Assembly: GCA_030704615.1 (NCBI GenBank)
Contig: CM060733.1
Location: 34,410,001-34,474,000 of the forward strand
Direction of reading: 5' to 3'
Length of the DNA: 64,000 bases
Source of the DNA: Takakia lepidozioides
Lineage: Eukaryota > Plantae > Bryophyta
Shown here: piece by piece, positions 49,340 to 61,692 of the stretch
Layout: every line of letters starts with the position of its first letter
How positions within the stretch are numbered: the stretch's first letter is position 1
Program-made: the position numbers and the translations under genes
Notes under the pieces: model-generated
The model's database searches: none
What the model saw: the letters and a program-made list of their open reading frames with translations, nothing else
What the model was told of the DNA's origin: nothing

Positions 49340-52300
49340 GTATTAAAAAAAAAATCGTTTCCTGTCGTTTCTGAATCTCCTGAAGTCATCATTTTCCATG
49401 TTGACCGACCAAGACATCAAGTTGCCATATTGTAGAGTGGGTGTTACTCTGTACACTCTATTATACCATTGGACCCTCTATTTAATCGTTGATCACAATA
49501 GCGGCTTAGATTAGGTGATCTGTCTTTGGGCCAGTAGCGCTGAAGCACATGGCTGTGACTTGGTGGTTTTTCATAAAAGGAGTCCATGACACGGACAAGG
49601 GCGAAACTTTTGGGTGTTCATTCTGGTGTACATGCGAGTAGAGGTGTAAGTAATATGTACTGGTGGGACAATCTATAGGTCCTCTTCTATGTGTGCCAAG
49701 TTGGTGAGAGAGAGGTGTACATAATATGGTGCACTGGCTGTGTAACATATAATCTACTTACAGGTCCCTTCTACGCGTGACTCCCTCCTCATCATAAAGC
49801 CTGCCTTACCAAGTTATCATCCCCCCAGTTCATGCATATAGGAAGAGGACGAAGCATCTCTACCCTAAACACATTTGTGGTGGAGATCATGGAGGGTTCT
49901 AAACAAGGTCTATGAGGGATTGTCGATATGATCACTTTGCAATGACATATCTCATATATTCAATTTCCATCTGTATATCTGTGCTGATCATATCCATTTT
50001 AATACGATAAAATGAATCTAACATGGATGCTAAAGCTTTTGTCTGAAATGCAAAATGACAGTGGGTCATATCTTAAAATGATGCACAGGGTTTGACATCT
50101 TTGCCGATTGATGGGTGCATTTGCTTGTGGGCCTAACATTCAATGTCCCATGGTTTTGTCTGCCTAAGAGGGGCCCTACTCAAATTTCCTTCCAAAAGAA
50201 ATAAAACAGAACAAAAGTCTCTGGCCAGTGAAGGGCACCCAAGAGAACATGAAATTAGTAGACCCAAAAAGAAATAAATCACGTCACCGAGTATCAAACA
50301 TATCGCCCTGTATGCACCTCCTACAATTATTGACCCCACAGTCTGACCCCATTGCTACCGTGCAGCGATGGTAGCAGGCCATTCCAGCGCTCGACGTCGT
50401 CTGGTAATGGAATACAAGTCTGACAACACGGTTTGTTCAGCTCCACCCAATCACACGCCAAAACATGGCAGCTGAAAAGAGAAATCCTGGTTACGAATGT
50501 TCGACTAGCATTGAAATGAGGTTGCTGAGACAAGTATAGACACAAAATGGAAGTGAATGTGAGATGCATGATTATTACAGGTTGAAACCAATAGGACATG
50601 GGAGCTTGAGAGGAGTGGGTACCAAGCAGCATAACCGTAGAGATGCAGGTATTTTTGCCCACATGTAGCGAGTCTCTTGCTGCAAGCGGAAAAATAGAAA
50701 AAGTGAGGGACGGCCTCCCTCCTATGGATCCCGCTCTCTCTCCCAACCAATGAAGGACGACTAGACAAGCGTTGACTTCCGCATGCCAGCTGATATGCAA
50801 TGCTTCAGCTTGTTGTGCAACATACCAAATCTTGTGATTTCGCTAAATTTCTACCATATTCTGATGTCATGAAGTAGTGTGAAGTGTTTGATGTTGACGG
50901 CACATGAGGACGCCCTTAGAATGCATAGCAATGGTGAAGATAGAAAACAGCGTTGTAAAACAACAAGATAGAGGAATTGACTGTCTTTAGAGTATGAGAA
51001 TTGGAGGGAAATGATACATATATATCCCAAACTCCCGCCATCCTCAAAAGCAGGCAACGGAATGAGGCAACATTGCTAGGCTTGGGAGTGGATGGCGCAT
51101 CAATGAACTACGACTTCCATGAACAGGAATCATAAATCTGCAGAAGGTGAGAAAATGAGAAAGTACTAAGTTCGTTGCCAATTGCTCCTACGAAAGTGAG
51201 CCTCATAGGCTACAATGGGTTCTTGTCAATCTTATATGCCATACATTTCATTGGGATCTCGAGAAAAATAAAAGTCAGCTTGCAGCTTTTGTAGTTATAC
51301 ATAATCATAAACGAAATGGAAGACGAGAGATTTTATTACCATAATAAAGTCTTCTAGGCAATCGACAACAACAAAGAAGATCGGAGAGGTAAAGTGAGTC
51401 AAGACAAACGAAAATAGAAATATAGGGAGACTCGAGGATCATGAGAGAGAGTACGGATCATGCAGCCTACCAAAATGTCGGTCACGCAGTTCCGATTGGT
51501 GGGGGGGGGGGGAGTTGGAGGGGTTTTCCATGGGTCGTCTTGGTACAACAAGTAGATTTGGACTATGATAAATCAGTATTTTTTTATTATCCGTTGTGAG
51601 CATGCATTGGGACAAAAATATAGACTTTTTGAAGAGGAGAAGGAGGATGGTCTTTATAAAATATGGTGGCCCTTACATGGAACGTTTAAATGTGTCTAAT
51701 TTAAGCTCTACCAAGCTATGTTTTGCTCCAGCTGTCGTCATTCGACTCTGTCTCCTCTCGTGCTTTGGCCAACAGTTTGACCCCTTTTAATTGGAATGAA
51801 AGCCCATGTTTCTTGTGACGGAAGAAAGTCACGAATCTGTAATTCCCAATTTTGCCAAGGTAGGGGAATTTTGCAATACCTACCAAGATTGCTATTTCTT
51901 CACGGTCCGAAGGGACGTTCCACAAGGCGCTGTGGAAGTTTGTACTGTAGGGCAGGCGCTTCCATGTGTTCCCCACCTTTAGGGCATGATGGTCATTGGA
52001 CGTGAAAAACTGTCGTATATCACGTTTGTCATGTCTTGGTGGGTTATTTCCTGGATTTGTTGGTCCGTTACAGTGTCTATTGTATCGGCTATTTTCAACG
52101 TTGACATGGTTGTTTGTATGTATGGTGCAGAGAAAGAGAGAGATAGAGAGAGAGGCAGGGGCAGATGAAAGTATATATCGGTGGGTTTTTTAGGAGAATT
52201 AAACCCTAAGAGTGCGACTTTAAAATTAATCACGCTAATCTATAGAACTGTGGCTTTCTCTCTCAGAGCGAGGTTGATGCTACACCGCTTTGCTGGGAAG

Positions 52301-53039
52301 TTAGGTGCAAAGTGCGATGTAACAGTATGTTATATTCCTCTGCTTCACCTGTACCTGGAAGCATCATTCGATTAGGGACCCTCTCATAATCGGTTATTTT
52401 TTTAGCAACAACACCTAGTGAAGACGAAAGGCCTAGTCCATTGATGTTTGATTCAGGCTCAGCTATGCTGATTGAGGAATTCCCATAGGAGATGGCCCTT
52501 CACTAATACATACAGATCCATCTGGATTTTTTCAGTGCTCAAAGCACTACAACAGATTGCGGCTTTTATGACTCCCATGGGTGCGCAGTCATGACAGATT
52601 TGTGGCAGAAATGCCATTTGCAGTCGTAAAATGCTTTTGAAGTCATAATGCAGGTATGGAGAAGGCGTATATGCGACTGCATGGCTTCGGACTCTGCGCA
52701 ACACAGGTCAAACATGTTTGACCTGCTCTTGCTGCCACTGCTAGCGTGACATTCGACTTGTCACGAATATTGGCATGGCAGATATGACTACCAGTCACGG
52801 TCATGGCTACACTAGAATGACGTGTGCATATTGCAAGACAGACATATGACTTCATGACTCTCACTCTAATGCATTATGCCAGATCATCACATGGATGAAT
52901 CACTACATGACTACACGTGTCGACACATGCTTTTCTGGTTATATATATAATATATGAGTATTTATATCTTAAAAAAACGGAGACTCTTACCACTAGAATG
53001 AATTAAAAAAACCCAAAAAAAACAAAGATTTAAAAAAAA

Positions 53040-53225
53040 TCACATCGGCTGGTAAGTGCACAGTGTGTCGCTTGTGGTTTGGGGTTCAAACCCGCTGCCC
53101 TTATCCCGTGTGTGGGATTGTTCGAGACGGTATGTCTTGACGTTGATCGTCCTGTAGGTCTTATGGCCCATAAATGAAGGCGGGTGAATTTTCCCCCTCC
53201 TCAAGGGCTTGTGGTTTCCTTTAAG

Positions 53226-53253
<28 letters not shown>
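53040..53253 (+). mobile_element. tRNA-related SINE with poly(A) tail
   Basis: GGCTGGTAAGTG (A-box-like), GGTTCAAACCC (B-box) and an A-run of about 28 nt at 53226-53253. Confidence 0.6.
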
Positions 53254-53256
<3 letters not shown>

Positions 53257-53449
53257 AAAAGGGGCTTTTAGGGTTTACAAAAAGGTTTAAAAACTTAAAA
53301 AAATGTCCATCACAGTAGCGTGAACAGACTTAGAGCGAGCGGGAGGGAGAGAGAGAGAGGGTTGGGACTTAGAGCGAGCGAGCGGGAGAGAGGGCAAACA
53401 TGCATGGGAGGCCCGCAGTTGGATCAACCTTCGCATCTGGAGCAAGCAA

Positions 53450-54380
53450 CTCAGCCAGCAGAAACACATCTGATAATGTGGGTTGGGCTGCTTGTAACAG
53501 GGTTGCATCTCGCACCCTTCTCTTGAGCTCCTTGTCCAGAATTCCATACCAAAACTGGATTGCCTGAGCTTCAGTAACCCCTTGGGTCACACTTATCAAG
53601 CGCATCATACGAGTGTACGCCTCTCGCATGCGCTCACTGGGTTTGCGCTGGAAGTCTTGCAAACTTTGCAGCTTCTCTGTCCGTACACATTGGTAGTTCC
53701 TCCGCAACTCCTGGAAGAACTCCACCACCGGGTTGAATCTAGGCACATGTGTTGTAGTCGTGGCAGGAGGAGTAGTAGCACCTTTTGAACTAGTACCACC
53801 TACAGAAGTACCAGCACTACTTGCTCCACTACTAGTGCTGGCAGTGGGAGCTATTGGTACTGATGCAGCTACTGGTCGCGTCGTGCCTCGAGTAATGGAG
53901 ACGTAGTCAGGTGACCAATACATCCTCCACTCCTCAATCTCTTCATGTCCTCGCCTGAACTCGTGGTAATCGTCCATAGGCGGGCCTTCCAAATGCTGGA
54001 ACAGTCCCTTCCACACCATGAATGGGGTGAATAGCTGTGGATTGCGCATCTGCTGCAAATCACACCAGCTGTCGAACTCCTGGATAAAGTCATCCAACTC
54101 GATTGTGCCCACAGCTCCAGAGTACCTACGAGGCCCCTTGGTAGCTCCATACATCTCCTCCATGTCGTCCCACAACAATGGCGAATGAAAATGTGCACAC
54201 CTGTTGATGAAGCCTCCGAGTCTGTGTCTGACTCTACAGTAATTGAGGGTGGCGGTGAAGGTGGTCTGAACCGAATACCTCGTCTTGTGAACCCACTCTC
54301 ACTGTTACTGCCTGTAGCCGTACTCCCCTCAAAACCCTTGGGTAACTCCGTAATGACACTCACAATGTGCACCTCCTCCA
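53450..54380 (-). pseudogene. Ty3/Gypsy gag N-terminal part (truncated)
   Basis: YSGAVGTIELDDFIQEFDSWCD..LQDFQRKPSERMREAYTRM (retrotransposon gag). Homologous to 62612-63320, and the homology ends abruptly at VFLLAE (53450). Confidence 0.85.
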
Positions 54381-54890
54381 CGTGACACTATAAGGCTCTA
54401 GTACTAATCTAATAGTGACACGTGTGGGCACCTGTTGCAGTTTAAGGGTCATATCCCAATGGCTCAGGGCACCTGCACCTGCATCCACCGCAAGAACTCC
54501 TATGGTTGGCTGGTCATCAACCCAGCCTCACCATAGAAGAAACACTGGTGGTCTTGCTGGTCATCACTCCAGTCTCACCACCGACAGCATACTCTAGGAT
54601 TGACCGGTGATCAAATCCGGCCTAATCCCTATGAAAGCAAGCGCCCACACAAAACCAACATGGCGCACAGTCAAGCATGCAGGTGTTGGGGGGGATCCAA
54701 ACACAAGAAATCAAACATCAACACCCCCACACCAAGATCCAGCTGCAATGCTGATCCTGCAGAATAGCCCAGCCCAAAACCCCGGAATGACTGGCCTCCA
54801 CCAAGAGAGGCTTTGGCAACTACAAGTACAAGGTAATGAAAATAGTACAGAGAGAAGCCCGACCAAGCAAGATCTAATCCTGATCTATGC
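54380..54890 (-). repeat. 5' leader shared with the second copy (inverted homology to about 61955-62500)
   Basis: For example GATTGACCGGTGATCAAATCCGG..AGTCAAGCATGCAGGTGT..GGATCCAAACACAAGAAA is present as reverse complement at 62125-62240. Confidence 0.85.
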
Positions 54891-55031
54891 TATCAACTGC
54901 CAGACTTCTCTCAAAGTGCCTCGCTCTGCATGATGGTAAGGTGTAGGAGGTATATCTATGTCCAGAAACCTGTCACTAACCTTGTCCCAAGCTACAGTAG
55001 CTCGCTCTAACCAACCCTCCTCCTCTTTCTG

Positions 55032-55634
55032 TCAGGTAGAGACAAAGCAATACTTCCCTATCTCCCACTCACTGAACACTAAAGAAAACAAAGGTAGGGT
55101 CTGATAGTCTCTCAACTCGAAAGCTTTGAGATGGTTGCGGGTGTCCTCATTGCGAATGACTGCATCTCCTTCACGCACAACAAACATGTCATTGTTGATG
55201 AACCCCCGCTCGTGGTTGCCCCGTGCAGAGCGTATCCGGCTGCAACCATGTCTGATTGCACAAACTTGTGTAGCTCCTGCTCCTCTGCTCCAGTACACCA
55301 CGGCCTTGTGGCTGAACACTTTGGTCCCCGGGGCTGTCTTTTGCTGTGTTCCAAGCCTAGCTTTCACCCACTTTGGTATTTCACCTACAGCTGCAGAACT
55401 GCTGGCTCCAACAGAGTTCTGGCTGTCCAAAGCAATATTGAGGCCCTCAACGCCAACTACAGCAGTTTGTTGTCCACTACTAATGCCTGACTCCCAGTAT
55501 GCAATCAACTCGTCCAACTGTTCTCCACTCAAATCAGTCTGAGTTCCTTGGGAAACATAAATCTTGTCCCCTTGTGTGCACAGGCTAAGAGAAGAGACCC
55601 GCCCTTCAATTACGTCCTCATTTCCCCCAGCCAT
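55032..55634 (-). CDS. Intronless 200-aa ORF of unknown function upstream of the Gypsy leader
   Basis: ATG-initiated uninterrupted ORF on the same strand as gag. No recognisable motif. Confidence 0.3.
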   Translation of the reverse strand: MAGGNEDVIEGRVSSLSLCTQGDKIYVSQGTQTDLSGEQLDELIAYWESGISSGQQTAVVGVEGLNIALDSQNSVGASSSAAVGEIPKWVKARLGTQQKTAPGTKVFSHKAVVYWSRGAGATQVCAIRHGCSRIRSARGNHERGFINNDMFVVREGDAVIRNEDTRNHLKAFELRDYQTLPLFSLVFSEWEIGKYCFVST

Positions 55635-58101
55635 ACAAGGAGTACATCCACAGATTTGTCTCTCATATAGACCAGCACAGGTTCTAGAAACATGATTGTG
55701 GATCTTTCATGGCACACTCACACTCTAAAAATTCCATAGATTTTTAGCAGAATCCAAAAAATTAAAACCAGGTTGAGATAGGTAGATTTCCCCTTTCTGC
55801 AGCTATCCCCGCAAAAACTGTACCAAACGGAGCTCATATGACAAAGATATGACCAATTAGGCTCTAAATCATTCGAATTAGATCAAAAAGGTTTTTTTTT
55901 TTTTTTTTTTTTTAACACCAAAACGTTCTCGCCATTAAAAACTGTTCCCATGTTATCTACGGGTTGATCTGTCGGATAAGTGATATCCACACTTGTGCCC
56001 TCCGTTCCCTGCAGGTTCCCGATTTTCCATCTGAACAGCCCGTCTCGAGTTCTCCACACATGGGCGGGTCTTGGGGAATTACGATGAATATAGTGGCACG
56101 CTGAAGCTCAGCAGCAGGTAGACAATGTGTCCGTTAATGTAAAGAGCCTGGCATATCGACAGTTTGAAACGATCAATGCTTCATCTCATGTTATGCCATT
56201 CGCATCAGCCTGCCGTAGACTGTCTGTCAGACAATATCCGAGTTCAATCGTCCAAGCAGAAATCTACCAGAAATCTACCAACCGGCTACTGATTCCATAA
56301 ATACTGGCAACTCCCATTCCGGATCTGTACTCAATGGATCAGTATAGAGTGGCTGCCCTTAGGGCGCGCTTCATCCCAACCAGGGTAATCTGCACTGAAG
56401 CCGAGATGACACTTGAAGCGGCTGCTTCCACAATGCTCCCTCTTTGGTGCATTCATCGTGCTAATCTAGCACTGCCCAAACCACGCCACAACTCTCGTTG
56501 GTGCAGGAAGTATGGCTGCCGCATTGCAGGTCTCGGGTCAGGCTCTCCATAGCCTAGGCGTGCATATTGCTGCTAATATTGGGGCTGCCTTCAAATTGAC
56601 TGCCAATAGGCCCGAACCTGTTTCATTAAAACCGAGACTATCGAATTTCCGTCCAAAAAATGCTAGTGGGTATTTGCCATGACAGGCACCTGACAATGTA
56701 TGAAAGCCCACCATAAAATCTAAATATCTTCAATCAGAAGTTGGAATTCGTAATGGCCTCCATTCTGGTCTGTTTCATTGCCCCTTTGGCTTGCTTCATG
56801 ATCAGCTCCTACGCTTGTTGGACAGCACCTTAATTACGCACTTGCTAGAAAATCTAGCCTGACCCCGTCCATCCATTTGCTTGCTTCCTCGCGATGTGCA
56901 GCCAGACAACCTCACATCAACCAGCCCACAACCACTCCTTCATGGTGGCTGGGCTATAGTCGCACACCGACTTCCCACCCATTGCTAGTAACCACCAGTG
57001 ACTCTGATGTGAGTTGGCTGACCAGCTCTACAACGTTCAATGCTAGGACGAATGGTAAGTCCCTGCAAGTATAATCACAGGTTTCGGGGTCTTTAAACTT
57101 CAGGCCCGGATTGTTGTCTTAGGCCTCATTCATCAACCTCCGTGCACCATATACATCTTGGTCTGCCTTATAACACCAGCCGCAATGACTATATCTTATT
57201 TTTGTGCACTACTGACCACCACCGAAATGTGCAACTGAAAGCAGACCGTAACATATGTTGCCATTTTGGCTGGCCGTGGTGGCCGCTCAAGACGTGATCT
57301 TAGTCAACATGGTTGAACCGCAACAAGTTCATCTATTTATGTTGCGGTTCACTGAAATCTGGACATCTGCAGATCTGAAGTTCCACTACATCTCTTCGTT
57401 TCTTTTCTTTGTCTTCTTTGCAACCACATCTCCACTACATTGATCATGAACTCACATCTAGGAGCGTCATATGAGGTTGCACATTAACAATACGCTTCTG
57501 TTGATCCCGTCAACATCCAGGCAAATGCAAACAGCTCATCGCACTTAGGTAGTGGTCACAACAACAATGGAACTACCTGCATGATGGTATTCTCATATTT
57601 GCGGCTGAAGATGAAGGTCACGGGCAACACCTTTAACGCGCTCCTCACATACTAGCTTGTAGCTGGATAACAACAGAGATATAGCTGATAGGCTTATCGA
57701 GCCTCACCACCAGCCACTCTGAAAACTGCTCAAATGCTCCACAACACAAATCCGTGCACAGCTTATGGGAGCCGTGTATGCATCCTTCTCATGCGCAACC
57801 TCGGCTTTCAAACCACGTGAGAGTCCACGATTCCCGTTACCGCTAGACACCACCCCAATCGATGCCCAACGCATAGGAGCCCACCGTGCAATATCCATGT
57901 CCAGGCCACACACTCTCTTGCCTCCATGGATTTGCTTGTGCTGGGTGTTTGAGACAAGCGGCGGCCACACCATACTGTGTGGGAAGGTCTACAACGAGTG
58001 CGGGTGTGAAGCCTTGGACAGCGGAACCATTGAACTTGAACTAAGAAATGAGCTTACGCATACACACACTGCTGTACGAATCTACAGACTCATATAATAC
58101 T

Positions 58102-59200
58102 TGTAAGCTATATTATAATAGTGCTAAAACAAACATCCTATCTAGCTTAGCACTACAAACCTAGATAGGCATCTCTCTCGAGTGATAAACATGCTAAAAG
58201 GGCACACACTCTCAACACAAGGAATATGAAATCCACGCTATCACTCTTTAAAATAGAAGTCAAGCTAGGGGCACCCCAAGCTATGGGGACTCCACCCCAC
58301 AACAACCTACACTCCCATCATAAGCACACTCAGATCTAAACGCATGAAGGAGCTCGGTCGCGCAGGCTCAACTCGAGAGAGATGAGCCACGCGACTGCCG
58401 CTCTCGTGAAGATAAGGTCGTTCAGGTGTCAAACTAAACTTGACACCTGATTTAACACTTGACCTAAATCCAAGTGTTAAATACAAATAACTAGCTTTAT
58501 TCTAGTTGTTTTCACACTGTGCTTATTTAACTTGACATATGATAAAAAGAGGAAAGATCAATTTTTTATTTTGTTCTTTGTTTCTTCAAATATTTACTTG
58601 ACCTTGAAGGTTATTGCATTCTTTTTGGAAGGTGGACGCCTTCTAATGGCCTTTATTAAGGCAATGCAGTTGTCCAACACTCCCCAAGGACTCAAATGTC
58701 CCGAGGTACCCAACACATTAAGTAATTGTTGGACCAGTACCTCCATTTTCTCAACAAAATCAGGTCAATTGTTGAGGTTGGAGTTTTCTTGGAGAAAAAC
58801 ACAAGCCTCAAACGGCAATTGGCTCTCTTGCTTTGCTTTGGCACAACATAAGAGGAAGGTAAGACTAGGGAGCATGACTTAGCAGAGCACACCAATCAGC
58901 GCCTTGACACGGTGTAAGGTACTTTGGTACTTTGACCCCATTTTCTCCATTGACTTGCATGTCTCCGCAAAGTCTCTCTCTACAAGAGAGCCAATAAACA
59001 TAGAACTTCTTGAAGAACTTGCATCCATCAAATTTTCTTGGACAATGTTCGCTGAAGTTGTCACTACTTGTGAATCCCTAGTTCAATTAGAAAAGAGCCA
59101 AATTGAGAGAACAAAAGTAATAACTTCCAATTGAAGGGTGCACTAAGTGCCTAATATTGGGTGTGGTATAATCTTGTTCCCCCTCCCTTGGGAATGAGCC
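58102..59200 (-). mobile_element. Probable 3' LTR and polypurine tract of another LTR retrotransposon
   Basis: Minus-strand CAAGGGAGGGGGAA (PPT-like, about 59176-59190), followed by about 1.07 kb non-coding sequence ending ..CTTACA (58102), with palindromes at 58425-58480. Confidence 0.45.
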
Positions 59201-59759
59201 TTGTGCTCGGTGCCTCATGCATCGGAAGGTTATTTAGAATGAGCTCTTCCTATAATTAAGGGGCCTGATTTGTGAATGGTCGCTTCTCTGTTCCCTATCA
59301 TTGGTTTTGCAGCGGACTAAAAATGCAATACAAAAATCAATGTGTAATTACTTAGGGGTTTGTTTTCAGCTATATATAGGGTATGTTGGTGTATGACCCT
59401 TCAATTAATGATGGTGAAAATTCCGACGGTGAGTTTTTGTTATTTTTACCCTGGATAAAACTCGTAAGATATGGGGCAACCCACAAACTTGGAGCTATTT
59501 GATTTCATGAATTTTACACAAAGTTATAGGGTTTCAAAGTTGAACCAATCATAAGGCTTTTGTGCACCGAGAGCCCTATGACCAATCACATTTTTTAGGG
59601 TTCCATCAAATAACTGTTTGGCAAGTGGCAATAATGGACAGTCCTGGGACCGACAACATATGGTCAAAGGGTATTCTAGTGATATGGGGTGTTTGGTCAT
59701 AGACGGCTGTTCAATCTGTTCAATCATCGGCCAACTTACCCTACCGTCCCTGGACAACC

Positions 59760-61400
59760 TGTCATGGTTTTAGTCATGGTTTACTAGAATTACCTACTTC
59801 TAGTTAATTAGGATATTTTGGATATTTATATTTGTATTTTGTGTGTTGAAAGTTCATTTGGTCTCACATGCCAAGTGAGGTGTCAAACCTCGACATGGGG
59901 ATGGGTTTTCCCCTTGTGAGTGTTGAGGAGGGTTCATCTTCTTGTAGTTGAGCCTCCATGAGCATCTCTCACCTCCATAGCTCTAGGTATTTAAAGGAAA
60001 ATCCTTGTGGTGATAGGGCTTTGAGAGATATTGATTTGTCGTAAGGAGGTAGAGAGCTCAAAGATAGAGCTCTTGCAGATCACAAGGCTTGCAAGGAAAG
60101 GTGCTTTGTGAAGTTGCATGCACCAAGGAATTGAGAGCAAGGAGAATTTAGCTCTTGTATTGCAAGGTTTGCAAAGGTTACAAGAAAAAGGTATTGTAGT
60201 GTTACACCAAGGTGTTGGGGAGCTCAAGAAGGAGCTTGTTTGCAACAAGATTTGCAAGGATTGCAATAGGGAAGTCTTGTGTGTATGGAAACATGGATTC
60301 TAGGGTTTGAGAATCATTTCTATGCATTATGGAGTCAATGTGCCATGGCTTGAGGAGAGCAATTAAAGGATTGTTAGTGCTCATTTCACTATTAATCTAG
60401 GGTTAAGCAAGCTCAATTGTGGATGTTGTGGAAGAGAAGCCAAAGAGCTACATAGGCTTGGGCTTGAAGACAATAAGGGCAAGCACTTGGAGAGCATTAG
60501 GAAGCTCAAGAGGTTTGAAGGGAAGCATATGGGTGAAAATTCTACCCATGATGATGTGAAACCAAGCCTAGAGCATTGAAGATCTTGGAGCACATGTGGG
60601 AGATCATTGGAAGTGGTCTTCATGAAGAAAAGAGATTGTGGCTCAAGAAATGCATAGAAACTTCAACCATACATTAGCATGTGACAAGACAAGGAATGGG
60701 AAGGTGAAGCTCATGTATTCATTCCCTTTTGGCTTAAGTTTTGTGGTGGATGGTTTATCAAGCAAGTGATGCTTATGTGGAGCATGCTTCCCAAGTGTGC
60801 CTTCCAATTTCAAGCTTGAGGAGAGCTAGAAGGTAAAGGGAGCAAGTTGATTCCCTTGTGTATGAGGTGATGCATGTGTGGAGCATGCTTTTGGCTTGAG
60901 CTTTGCAATTTCAAGCTTGAGATGAGTGGCTCTTGAGCTAGCAAGTGAATGGAGCTTGAATGACCAAGGCTTGAGAGGAGACAAGGCTTGGTGGCTTGCC
61001 AAATGAGGTACAAGCTTGATTTTGAGTTCCAATGAGAAATTGAGCTTGTTGTGTGGCCAATGCATTGCTAGTTGAGTTGGAGACAAGCTTGAGTAGCTTA
61101 AGGTGAAGAAGATCAAGGGAATTTGCCTTGGTACCCCATAGAATTCATGGATGCTTGAGGGGATTAAGCATAGAGCCCCAAAGAACACAAACCCTAGCTT
61201 GGTAAGGCTAAACCTCAAGGAAATAGAGGGGGAAGTGGCTAAACCCTGGGGGGAAATGAACTACTCTATGAGGGGGAAATGGCTATTCCTAAGGAGAATA
61301 CAAGGGGAATACATAGGCCCAGGGAAATACTGGGGGAATACTATGGCATATTCTTAGGAATATTCTTAGAGAACTTTAGGAACCCATTGGGAACACATTA
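59760..61400 (+). mobile_element. Long LTR-like repeat
   Basis: Begins TGTCATGG and its first 220 bp are duplicated at 877-1097. Rich in CAAG/CTTG. The 3' boundary is not determined. Confidence 0.55.
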
Positions 61401-61417
61401 CATGGTGACATAGGAAG

Positions 61418-61692
61418 AGTCCTTGGAGGACTGTTTGGGGTCCTTGGAGGACCATTGGGATTGTTTGGAGGGCTGTTTGGATGACCATTGGGAGTCATTG
61501 GAGGACTGTTTGGAGGACCATTGGGAGTCCTTGGAGGACTGTTTGGAGGACCATTGGGAGTCATTGGAGGACTGTTTGGAGGACCATTGGGAGTCATTGG
61601 AGGACTGTTTGGAGGACCATTGGGAGTCCTTGGAGGACTATTTGGAAGACCATTGGGAGTCCTTGGAGGACTGTTTGGGGTCCTTGGAGGCC
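61418..61692 (+). repeat. 33-bp tandem minisatellite, about 8 copies
   Basis: Unit TTGGAGGACTGTTTGGAGGACCATTGGGAGTC(A/C). Confidence 0.92.

Noticed and set aside
61418-61692. CRISPR-like array, or real P-rich / WRT-repeat proteins (ORFs 61376-61831)
   Set aside because: Units are head-to-tail with no unique spacers, the context is eukaryotic with no cas genes, and the ORFs are artefacts of a 33-bp period.
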